Assembly (NCBI GenBank): GCA_947259765.1
Contig: CAMYNG010000006.1
Span: 2,880 to 66,879, forward strand
Direction of reading: 5' to 3'
Source: an uncultured Ectothiorhodospiraceae bacterium
GTDB taxonomy: Bacteria > Pseudomonadota > Gammaproteobacteria > CAMYNG01
DNA length: 64,000 nt
Positions 1 to 9,900 of the stretch are shown in pieces; the stretch's first letter is position 1, and every line of letters begins with the position of its first letter. Under the pieces are notes generated by a model. It was not told the origin of the DNA, searched no databases, and saw only the letters and a program-made list of their open reading frames with translations. The position numbers were made by a program, and so were the translations under genes.

Positions 1-458
1 TGCAGGCACGCGTGGACTCAGCACAACTGCTCGGCACCGTACAATTACCCGGCTACAAACTTCATTTCCACAAGGTCGGCGCAGACGGCTCCGGCAAGTG
101 CAATATCCTCGCTTCCGAAAGGCATTCGGTACACGCGGCGCTATACAGCATGCATACACGGCACAAAACCATACTCGATGATTTTGAAGGTGCCGGTTAC
201 GAAAGTGTCGCCATGCAGGTCGACTTCGTGGGAGCTCGCTATCCGGCGTTTATATATCTTGCCGAAGATGATTATATTGATGATAGCGCTACGCCGTTTG
301 ACTGGTACAAGCAACTCGTCCTGTACGGAGCACACCATCATCGGCTGCCAGCAGACTACGTTGCCGCAATTGGCGAGGTTGATTCCGTACCGGATCCTGA
401 TGCCAAGCGCGATAGCCACCACGCGGACTTAATTCGCCGAATGCTGGCATGGGACTAG
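1..458 (+). CDS. Gamma-glutamylcyclotransferase (GGCT/AIG2-like) family protein, 5' truncated by the window edge
   Basis: Frame is open to position 3; motifs LPGYKLHFHK..DGSGKCN, LDDFEG.GY and PFDWYKQLVL.GA fit this family. Confidence 0.7.
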   Translation, partial: QARVDSAQLLGTVQLPGYKLHFHKVGADGSGKCNILASERHSVHAALYSMHTRHKTILDDFEGAGYESVAMQVDFVGARYPAFIYLAEDDYIDDSATPFDWYKQLVLYGAHHHRLPADYVAAIGEVDSVPDPDAKRDSHHADLIRRMLAWD

Positions 459-569
459 AACTTCACAGCATCGCGGCTTCTGCGCATTAAAAACCTCAAA
501 TCCGATTGGCGAAGCGGATATTTCATGCCTATAGTTTGAGCAGGATCACATGGGAACGGAGGTCTAGAC

Positions 570-962
570 GTGGAACTTTTTGTTGGAGTTATTCCTCATA
601 ACGCCACCTTGCAAGACTTGATGCTTTTCGCCGGCCCCTTCGCTGAAGACGTCCGCATCGATTTGATCAAGCACGATAAGGTGGATGCACCTTCAGTTTG
701 TTACGGCTTGTTGCGCGTTCCATCCGAGAGACAGGCACGTAAGGCTATTCGCAAGCTCAATGGCAGGGAGCTGGCGGGCCAAAAAGTTGCCGTGCGCGAA
801 TTCAGTCATCGGGCTTACAGTAATGACCGCCGCGCGATTAACTGGCGCAGCCAGCCCTGGTCGGCTTACGAACGGCGTCTGTGCGATCGACGTATTTCAG
901 ATCAGGTTGAGGAGGTCACAGCGTCACAGGAGTTTCGCAACAGACTCGGTGCCCAGGCCTGA
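570..962 (+). CDS. RNA-recognition-motif (RRM)-like protein with an Arg-rich C-terminal tail
   Basis: MELFVG (RNP2-like), CYGLLRV (RNP1-like), ARKAIRKLNGRELAGQKVAVREF; GGAGG RBS before the GTG start. Confidence 0.65.
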   Translation: MELFVGVIPHNATLQDLMLFAGPFAEDVRIDLIKHDKVDAPSVCYGLLRVPSERQARKAIRKLNGRELAGQKVAVREFSHRAYSNDRRAINWRSQPWSAYERRLCDRRISDQVEEVTASQEFRNRLGAQA

Positions 963-972
963 AAACCGCAAT

Positions 973-1824
973 TTATGCCGTCTGCATCTCGTGGCGTAAC
1001 TTAGCGATCACCGGCGCAGTATCCGGCCGCACACCGCGCCACAAATAAAACGACTCGGCGGCCTGTTCCACTAACATCCCCAGTCCGTCCAGCGCGGTGG
1101 TCGCTGTATGCTGGCGTGCCCAGTCCTGAAATGGCGTCGCGTTCGCGCCATACATCATGTCATAGCAAGTGGCATCGTCGGCCAACAACGTATCCGGCAG
1201 CGGCGGTAATTCACCGTGCAAACTGGCGGAAGTCGCGTTGATTACCAGATCAAATTGCCGATCTCCCAGGGCGGGGTAACCGCAACCCCCAACCGGCCCC
1301 AGATCGTGGAACTGCGCGGCAAGCTCCACGGCACGATCGGGCGTGCGATTCACCACCACTAACTCGGCGGGTTTGCCCTCCAACAGCGGCCCGAGTACGC
1401 CACGCGCGGCGCCCCCGGCACCCAGCAGCAACACCCGTTTGCCGGCAACGGCCAGATTATGATTGCGGAGATCGTTAATCAGCCCAACACCGTCTGTATT
1501 GTCGCCACGAAGGGCCCCGGCGTCGAAAATAATGGTATTGACCGCGCCGGCGCGCTCGGCCCGCGCACTGCGAGCCGTCACCAGTTCCCAAGCCTCCTGC
1601 TTGAAGGGCACGGTGATGTTTAATCCCTTGCCACCACTCGAATCAAAGTTGCCCACGGCCTGGGTAAACCCGCCGGCATCAACCTGGATGGCCTCATACT
1701 CCAATCGCTGACCGGTTTGTTCCGCAAACAGCCTGTGGATTCGCGGGGATTTACTGTGCGCGATGGGATTGCCCATAACGGCATAGCGGTCCACGCGTTG
1801 GGAAAAATCAAATAGATCGGTCAT
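973..1824 (-). CDS. aroE: Shikimate dehydrogenase
   Basis: GNPIAHSKSP, NITVPFK, GAVNT, GDNTDG, GAGGAAR, MLVEQA motifs. Confidence 0.97.
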   Translation of the reverse strand: MTDLFDFSQRVDRYAVMGNPIAHSKSPRIHRLFAEQTGQRLEYEAIQVDAGGFTQAVGNFDSSGGKGLNITVPFKQEAWELVTARSARAERAGAVNTIIFDAGALRGDNTDGVGLINDLRNHNLAVAGKRVLLLGAGGAARGVLGPLLEGKPAELVVVNRTPDRAVELAAQFHDLGPVGGCGYPALGDRQFDLVINATSASLHGELPPLPDTLLADDATCYDMMYGANATPFQDWARQHTATTALDGLGMLVEQAAESFYLWRGVRPDTAPVIAKLRHEMQTA

Positions 1825-1891
1825 TTCGGATGTTTGGCGATAAGAAACATTTTCAAAAAATTGGGCGCTTGATAGATGTTTTGAACTTTCA

Positions 1892-1979
1892 GGCAGGATG
1901 GCCGAGAGCGACCGCGGCCCTCGAGCCTACATGGACGTACTTGCGGCGAGTCATGCTGGACGATGGCGGCCTTCCTGCC
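1892..1979. repeat. Short palindromic intergenic repeat, same family as 12606-12852
   Basis: Terminal inverted repeat ggcaggatggccg / cggccttcctgcc; core gagcctacatggacgtacttgcggcg resembles the reverse complement of the 12637-12747 core. Confidence 0.6.
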
Positions 1980-1996
1980 CCCACCAAAACCCAAAT

Positions 1997-3034
<1,038 letters not shown>

Positions 3035-3270
3035 TTACACGCCGCACCTCATTGCAACGCATATTTGTAAAAAACCGTGTAAAATCAGCCCCCAGAGCCG
3101 TCGGGGCTTGATTTTTTTCTTCACCTGCCGCTCTGTACCCAGGTCATGCCGGAACTTACACCGGATTTCATGGCCCTACTGCAAAGCGGACGGTTTACGA
3201 AACTATGAGCATAATAAGGTATCGCAGGAGCGGATTGAACGCACATCGCGCCTTCATGGAGGAAAATTGT

Positions 3271-3942
3271 ATGTACAACGGACTGTTTCGGACGGCTCGC
3301 GCCGGATTCTGCGGCTTCGGGCTGATAATCGCCCTGCTGGTAAGTCCCATGCTGCTGGCGGCGGATGCGCCGGACGTGCTCCTGGATCGTGTTGCGAAGA
3401 ATATGGTCACCTCCCTCAACACGGAGCGCGATAAGATTCGCCAAAATCCCGCGCGACTTAACGAGATAGTTAGCGACATTCTGCTGCCACACCTGGATTT
3501 TGTCAGTGCGTCTAAATGGGTGCTTGGAAAACACTGGACCGACGCGAGCCGTGACCAGAAAAAACAGTTTATTCTGGAGTTTCGCAATCTTTTGGTGCGG
3601 TTCTATTCCACCGCGCTATCAGAATACCTGGCGGAAAATGAGGTCCGCGAGGAAATGATCCGCATTGTCCCGCTGCGCGCGCCACCGGAGAACAAATCGG
3701 TCACCGTTCGCTCGGAGGTATTGCCACCCAACGGCAAGCCCATCCCCGTGCTTTATCACATGCACCTGCGACGCGACCGCTGGCGAATTTTCGACGTTTC
3801 GGTCGAGGGTGTGAGTATGGTATCGACTTACCGCACAAGTTTTGACTCTGAAATTCGTCAGCACGGGCTGGACAACCTGATCGCCTCGCTGGCCCAGCGC
3901 AACGACGATTTGCTAAAGAAGACCCAAACCCAGACGAATTGA
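3271..3942 (+). CDS. mlaC: MlaC/Ttg2D family periplasmic phospholipid-binding protein
   Basis: Signal peptide; PHLDF..ASKWVLGKHW, WRIFDVSVEGVSMVSTYRTSF; start placed at the ATG after the GGAGG RBS; other mla genes are not adjacent. Confidence 0.85.
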   Translation: MYNGLFRTARAGFCGFGLIIALLVSPMLLAADAPDVLLDRVAKNMVTSLNTERDKIRQNPARLNEIVSDILLPHLDFVSASKWVLGKHWTDASRDQKKQFILEFRNLLVRFYSTALSEYLAENEVREEMIRIVPLRAPPENKSVTVRSEVLPPNGKPIPVLYHMHLRRDRWRIFDVSVEGVSMVSTYRTSFDSEIRQHGLDNLIASLAQRNDDLLKKTQTQTN

Positions 3943-4224
3943 CGTTGGACAGGCGGCCCGTATTCTAAAACCCGCTTTTAGCACCTAAACACCACTTTTC
4001 CCGCCAGCGAGTGGTATCCAATCTGATCCACGCTTTCGGAAGCAGGTTTCCGTATCTTTAACCGCTGTTTCCTGTCTCCTGGCTGGACATCCTGCCCTGT
4101 AGCAACTTTACTTTCCGCAGAGCGACCGCAAACGGCCGCGCCCCGTCTAATAAGGAAATCGCTACGTGGGTCGTTGCGGTGCCCGGGTGAACCTAACCCA
4201 GCCTGGGACGGAAAACAAAAAACC

Positions 4225-7200
4225 ATGAATGTCGTCTATCTAGACATCGCTTACGCGATTATTTTAACTGCGGTTTTCATTGTGCTCTGGAAACAGGCAC
4301 ATCGAATTCCGGTCGGAATTCTGCCGGGTTATCGATTTTTCGTTGCCGGCTTCACACTGCTCTGTCTTACAGTATTGCTGGACGTCACCGTAAGTATATC
4401 CGGACTGACACAACCGGCTACTACGGGTGAAATACCGCTTCAATTTCTTTTCAAAAACGTTTTTGGCTACCTGGGCGGTGTCATATTACTGCTACTGGGA
4501 CTGCGCAGGTTTTTGCCCGCAATTAACGGACTCATCAAAACACATGGTCGCGAACAAAAGCGCAACCAGGCACTGAATCGCCTTATCGAATCCAGTTCAG
4601 CAGTCCCGTGGGAAGCCGACGCCGGCGACTGGCGCTTTACCTATGTGGGACCACAGATTGAGCAAATACTCGGTTATCCGGTAACAAGTTGGTACCAGGA
4701 AAACTTTTGGGTGGACCATCTCCATCCTGACGACCGGCAGGCGACCCTTAACTATTGTACTTCTGCCAGTGAACAAGGCCGGGATCATGAGTTTGAGTAC
4801 AGAATGATCGCTGCCGATGGTCGCATCGTTTGGATGCGAGATGACGTCAGGGTTGTCATGGACAGCGGTCGTGCCGTGAAACTTCAGGGATTCATGTTCG
4901 ACGTGACGGAGCAACATCGGGCCGAGCTGCAATTACGCCAGAGTGAGGCGCGCCTGGCGGCGGCGCAACGTGTTGCCCATCTCGGTTCATGGGAACTCGA
5001 CATTCGCTCAAGAAGGTGGTTCTGCTCAATCGAGACGTACCGCATATTCGAAATCGATCCAGGCACCGGCAGTGACTCCTTCGAGCTGTTTCTGCAACGG
5101 ATTCATCCCGAAGATCGTCAACGGGTTAAACGTACGTACTTGGATTCGGTGCGTAACAAAGCCCCGTACCGCAGTGAACATCGTCTTGTGATGCCTGACG
5201 CGCGTATCAAATATGTACTTGAGCTTTGCGAAACACACTATGATGCCGGCGGCGATCCAATACGCTCAATCGGCTCCGTACAGGACATCACGGAGCGGAA
5301 AGATGCTGAAGCGGTGCAACTCGAAAGCGAGCGTAAATATCGCACCTTGTTTGAAGCCGCCAACGACGCAATTTTCATCATGCAAGGTAACAAATTCATA
5401 GACTGCAACCCCAAGATACTTGAGATGTTCGCTTGTCGCCGTGAGGACATCATCGGCAATACACCCATCGCCTTCTCACCCCCCCGCCAGGCGAATGGAC
5501 GAGTATCGCTTGAAGTTGCCCTGGAAAAAATCGATGCGGCCTATAGCGGCAAGCCGCAGTTTTTTGAATGGCAGCACACGCAACTTGATGGCACGCCGTT
5601 TGACGCGGAAGTCAGTCTCAACCTGATTGAATTGGGCAATGAACCTTATCTGCAAGCGATCGTACGCGATATCACGCAGCGAAAATATGCAGAACGCGCG
5701 ATTCGACATATTGCCGCGGGCGTGTCTGCGCAGACAGGCTCATCGTTCTTTGAACAGTTGGTGGTTCACCTCTCACAGTTGTTTCAGGCCGACTACGCCT
5801 TTATCGGATTACTCGACGAAGACCAGGCTGACTACGTCAACACCGTTAGCGTCTGCGCGCATGGCAAGATTGTTGACAATATTTCTTACTCGCTATCCGG
5901 CACTCCCTGCGCCGGGGTGGTAGGCCATAAAACTTGCATGCATTCCGAGGGCGTTCAGGCGGAGTTTCCGCAAGACCGGTTACTTGTTGAAATGGGCGTC
6001 GATAGCTACATTGGCACACCGTTATTTAACAGTCATGGTCATCCCATGGGCCTGGTTGTCGTGCTGCACAGCGCACCGATGCAACACATCAAACAGCACG
6101 CTAAAGTGCTGGAGATATTTGCCGCGCGGGCGGGTGCTGAAATCGAACGTATTCATGCTGAGAAAGACCTTCGTAGCGCGCAACAACGCCTCGCCCTGCA
6201 TGTCACTCAAACACCGTTGGGCGTTATCGAGTGGAACACCGACTTCGAGGTCACCGAGTGGAACCCCGCAGCAGAGAAAATTTTTGGTTTTCGTCGTGCC
6301 GAGGCGCTGGGGCGTCACGCAATCGAATTAGTAGTACCCCCGGAGGCCGTACCGCATGTAGACAACATCTGGCAGGCGCTTCTGGCAAATCGGGGAGGCA
6401 CACGCAGTACCAACAAAAATATAACGCGTGACGGCCGAATAATCACCTGTGAGTGGTATAACACTCCTTTGGTCATAGAAAACGGCAAGGTCATTGGCGT
6501 TACTTCAACGGTCGCCGATGTGTCCGACCGCGAACAGGCACAGTCGGAACTCACACGTCACCGCGACCACCTGGAGGAGATGGTTCAGAGCCGCACCGCG
6601 GAGCTTACAGCGGTCAATAGCGAACTCGAATCCTTCAGTTACTCAGTATCTCACGACTTGCGTGCGCCATTACGCAGCATCGATGGCTTTTCTCAGGCGT
6701 TACTGGATGACTTTAGTGAGGTGCTCGATGAAATGGGCCGTGACTACCTCACCAGGATACGTACCAACACCCTGCGAATGTCAGAACTTATTGATGCCCT
6801 CCTGAACCTTTCACAGCTCGGGCGTATGCCAATCAATACCAGTTCGGTTGATATCAGTGCAATTTCCGCAGAAATCATTTCCAATCTGCAGGAAGTGGAA
6901 CCGGAAAGAAGACTGGAATTCAACAATAACATCGATATGACGGTTCAATGTGACCCACAGCTATTGCGTATCGTAATGGAAAATCTTTTATCGAACGCCT
7001 GGAAGTACACTCGTCGCAGGGACCTGGCTCGAATCGAAATAGGGATGCTACATAAAAATGAACAGCCGGTATTTTTTGTGCGTGATAATGGCGCCGGATT
7101 CGACATGCAGTTTACCGACAAGCTGTTTGGTGCATTTCAGCGTTTGCATTCACCAAAGGAATTTGAAGGCACCGGAATTGGTTTGGCTACCGTGGCACGG

Positions 7201-7332
7201 ATAATCCATCGGCTAGGCGGTAAGGTGTGGGCCGAAGCCAAACCGGATGAGGGCGCAACGTTCTTTTTTACTGTTGCCGATCCTGCTGTGCGACTTACCG
7301 TTCCTTCTTCTGTTTCAGCCAGCGGGGGATAA
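4225..7332 (+). CDS. Membrane sensor histidine kinase with multiple PAS domains and a GAF domain
   Basis: N-terminal TM helices; PAS/PAC motifs (HPDDR, DVTE, DITE); GAF-like segment; H-box [12 protein letters not shown]; NAWKY, DNGAGF, GTGIGLA. Confidence 0.93.
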   Translation: MNVVYLDIAYAIILTAVFIVLWKQAHRIPVGILPGYRFFVAGFTLLCLTVLLDVTVSISGLTQPATTGEIPLQFLFKNVFGYLGGVILLLLGLRRFLPAINGLIKTHGREQKRNQALNRLIESSSAVPWEADAGDWRFTYVGPQIEQILGYPVTSWYQENFWVDHLHPDDRQATLNYCTSASEQGRDHEFEYRMIAADGRIVWMRDDVRVVMDSGRAVKLQGFMFDVTEQHRAELQLRQSEARLAAAQRVAHLGSWELDIRSRRWFCSIETYRIFEIDPGTGSDSFELFLQRIHPEDRQRVKRTYLDSVRNKAPYRSEHRLVMPDARIKYVLELCETHYDAGGDPIRSIGSVQDITERKDAEAVQLESERKYRTLFEAANDAIFIMQGNKFIDCNPKILEMFACRREDIIGNTPIAFSPPRQANGRVSLEVALEKIDAAYSGKPQFFEWQHTQLDGTPFDAEVSLNLIELGNEPYLQAIVRDITQRKYAERAIRHIAAGVSAQTGSSFFEQLVVHLSQLFQADYAFIGLLDEDQADYVNTVSVCAHGKIVDNISYSLSGTPCAGVVGHKTCMHSEGVQAEFPQDRLLVEMGVDSYIGTPLFNSHGHPMGLVVVLHSAPMQHIKQHAKVLEIFAARAGAEIERIHAEKDLRSAQQRLALHVTQTPLGVIEWNTDFEVTEWNPAAEKIFGFRRAEALGRHAIELVVPPEAVPHVDNIWQALLANRGGTRSTNKNITRDGRIITCEWYNTPLVIENGKVIGVTSTVADVSDREQAQSELTRHRDHLEEMVQSRTAELTAVNSELESFSYSVSHDLRAPLRSIDGFSQALLDDFSEVLDEMGRDYLTRIRTNTLRMSELIDALLNLSQLGRMPINTSSVDISAISAEIISNLQEVEPERRLEFNNNIDMTVQCDPQLLRIVMENLLSNAWKYTRRRDLARIEIGMLHKNEQPVFFVRDNGAGFDMQFTDKLFGAFQRLHSPKEFEGTGIGLATVARIIHRLGGKVWAEAKPDEGATFFFTVADPAVRLTVPSSVSASGG

Positions 7333-7334
7333 CA

Positions 7335-8204
7335 ATGCGCGTACTGTTATCCGGTATAATTCTGTTGTTCACCTGCATTACAATTGCGGCCTGCAGCAAG
7401 TCACCCGATGAAAAAGACAGCGGCAAGGTTTTACGTTTTTCCGTGCTACCCGATGAAGACCCCGCAAGCCTGCGCGCACGTTATGAAGGCCTTTTAGAAT
7501 TTATCTCGCAGCGCACCGGTTTTCAATGCGAACTGGTTCTATCCAAAAATTATCAAGACCTGCTGGAACGTTTCGATCGTGGCGAAATCGATGTTGCGCG
7601 TTTCGGTGGATTTTCGTTTGTCCAGGCACAAAAAAAAAGCGGCGCTGTACCTTTGGTGATGCGTGACGTTGACACTCGCTTTGTCAGCTATTTCCTCGTC
7701 CCCGGTGCCAGTTCCGCAAAGTCACTGCATGACCTTAAGGGTATGCGATTCAGTTTCGGTTCCCGGCTATCCACGTCCGGTCACTTAATGCCTCGATATT
7801 TTCTGCAAAAGAGCGGTATACAACCGGAGACTTTTTTTTCAGCCGTAAGTTACTCAGGCGCCCATGACCGTACCGCCGAGTGGGTCATGCAGGGAAAAAT
7901 TGACGTAGGCGTTGCCAACAGCCTCGTAATCGATTCACTCTTTAAATCCAGCCAACTCAGCGTCGACCACATTCGTATACTTTCACGTACACCGCCGTAC
8001 GCGGACTATGTTTGGGCGGCACAGGACGAACTTTCGGAGCACACAGGCGCGCAACTGATTGACGCCTTTCTCGCACTTTCCACCGACAAACCTGCGACGG
8101 CTGCAATTCTTCGCACCCTGCAGGCCGAGTATTATGTACCCGCAACGCTTGAAGATTTTGCCGGTATCAACCGTACGGCACGTGAGCTCAATCTTCTTAA
8201 CTAG
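7335..8204 (+). CDS. PhnD/phosphonate-type ABC substrate-binding lipoprotein
   Basis: Lipobox IAAC; FGSRLSTSGHLMP, YSGAHD, PPYADYVW motifs. Confidence 0.85.
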   Translation: MRVLLSGIILLFTCITIAACSKSPDEKDSGKVLRFSVLPDEDPASLRARYEGLLEFISQRTGFQCELVLSKNYQDLLERFDRGEIDVARFGGFSFVQAQKKSGAVPLVMRDVDTRFVSYFLVPGASSAKSLHDLKGMRFSFGSRLSTSGHLMPRYFLQKSGIQPETFFSAVSYSGAHDRTAEWVMQGKIDVGVANSLVIDSLFKSSQLSVDHIRILSRTPPYADYVWAAQDELSEHTGAQLIDAFLALSTDKPATAAILRTLQAEYYVPATLEDFAGINRTARELNLLN

Positions 8205-8208
8205 CGAT

Positions 8209-9627
8209 ATGAAACACAACTCGGAACTGGACAAACTGCCACGACTGGTTTACTCCATTGTGGTGGTTGGTTTTCTGGTTGTGGTTTTGAACACTGTTTT
8301 TCTGTATAAGCTCACGCGTGATAATGCTGAGTTGGAGCAACGACTGAATCTTTTCCATCTGCCAAATGCAACCTTGCTCAGCAACGCACTGATTGAAATC
8401 GGACAGATTCGATTTATAAACCGTTACGGTACCGGCAGTACAGGTCTGCCCGTAAGCCTGACAATGGAATCCCTTGACCAACATCGCTTCCTTATCGATG
8501 ACACCATCAAGGCCGTACTTGATGTGCAGAAACAATACGGTACGCCCACCTTTATTGCTCCAGTGCAACGTCTCAAGACTCGATTTGAGCGCTGGGTCAT
8601 TTCTCTTGGCGGTACCAAGCATGGAAGTCTTCCTGCGGACCTGCAAACCGACGCCCTTGAACGTCTCAAATACAGCGTCAAACAATTGCACCGTTTGCAC
8701 CTTCGCGAACTTCGCAGCCTATCCAGCGCGGTACAAAGCAACAACCAGCAGCAGGCATCACGCATCATGTTGGTGTCTTTCTTGAGTCTTTTGCTCGGAG
8801 GTGTGATTGTTTACCGCGTGTTTGGACATATTTTTTCCTCCATTCGCATACAGCGAAAAAATGAGCAAGACCTGCACGATTACCGTAACAACCTAGAAGA
8901 ACTCGTCGAAGCACGTACCACCGATCTGAAACAAATGATCCACGAGTCTGAGTCGTTCAGCTATTCCGTATCCCACGATTTACGCTCGCCGTTGCGCGCC
9001 ATCGACGGTTTTAGCAAGGCGCTGCAAGAAGACTATCACGGTCAACTCGACGAACAGGCGAGCTCCTACCTGGATCGTATTCGTCGCGCGTCACAGCGTA
9101 TGGGCGAATTAATCGACGATTTGCTGGCGCTGTCCCGGGTCAGTCGTCATGAGCTGGTACATCGTGACATCGACCTTTGCCAGCTGGCACACGAAATCGT
9201 GCACCAGTATCAATCCCGCCATCCCGACGCGCATATTGAGTTTGACTGCGCGGCCTCTTGCACCGGCCGGGGTGACGAACGCCTGTTGCGCCTGGCACTG
9301 GACAATCTACTTACCAATGCAATCAAATTCTCCCAAAAACAACCTGTCAGCCAGATCGAGTTTGGTCACTATGAGTACGATGAAGGACCGGTGTTTTTTG
9401 TACGTGATAACGGCGTCGGCTTTGATATGCAATACGTCGGGAAACTGTTTGGCGCTTTTCAGCGCCTGCACACTGACAAGGAATTTGAGGGTACCGGGAT
9501 CGGATTGGCCACCGTCGAAAGAATTATTCACCGTCATCACGGCCGTATCTGGGCCGAGTCCAAGGCCGGCCAGGGTGCGAGCTTCTTTTTTACCCTGCAC
9601 GAAAACACAGCAATTCGCCCCGACTAG
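8209..9627 (+). CDS. Two-TM sensor histidine kinase
   Basis: Two TM helices flanking a helical periplasmic domain; [30 protein letters not shown]. Confidence 0.93.
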   Translation: MKHNSELDKLPRLVYSIVVVGFLVVVLNTVFLYKLTRDNAELEQRLNLFHLPNATLLSNALIEIGQIRFINRYGTGSTGLPVSLTMESLDQHRFLIDDTIKAVLDVQKQYGTPTFIAPVQRLKTRFERWVISLGGTKHGSLPADLQTDALERLKYSVKQLHRLHLRELRSLSSAVQSNNQQQASRIMLVSFLSLLLGGVIVYRVFGHIFSSIRIQRKNEQDLHDYRNNLEELVEARTTDLKQMIHESESFSYSVSHDLRSPLRAIDGFSKALQEDYHGQLDEQASSYLDRIRRASQRMGELIDDLLALSRVSRHELVHRDIDLCQLAHEIVHQYQSRHPDAHIEFDCAASCTGRGDERLLRLALDNLLTNAIKFSQKQPVSQIEFGHYEYDEGPVFFVRDNGVGFDMQYVGKLFGAFQRLHTDKEFEGTGIGLATVERIIHRHHGRIWAESKAGQGASFFFTLHENTAIRPD

Positions 9628-9900
9628 TCCTGGCGGACGCTTGAAATTCACCCAACACGCAGTTTTTCGATAGTACCAAACGGCTATTCAACGAGGCGCC
9701 CGACCTACCAACTCACGCCTAAACCTCTGAATTTTATAACCATACTGTCTGAAACGTAATGCGGCTTGAATTTCCGAGCTCACCTACGAGCCTAAAGCTG
9801 TGCACGAAAACATCCGATATCTAGTTGGTATTCCGGGCCTTGGCAAGGTACTCGCCTTTTCCCGGCGGTCGATAATCGCAAACAATAAGCTAGGTTGTAC

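Noticed and set aside
3081-3120. Terminator-like hairpin between divergent hemB and mlaC
   Set aside because: The stem is imperfect and there is no upstream gene on that strand to terminate, so a function cannot be supported
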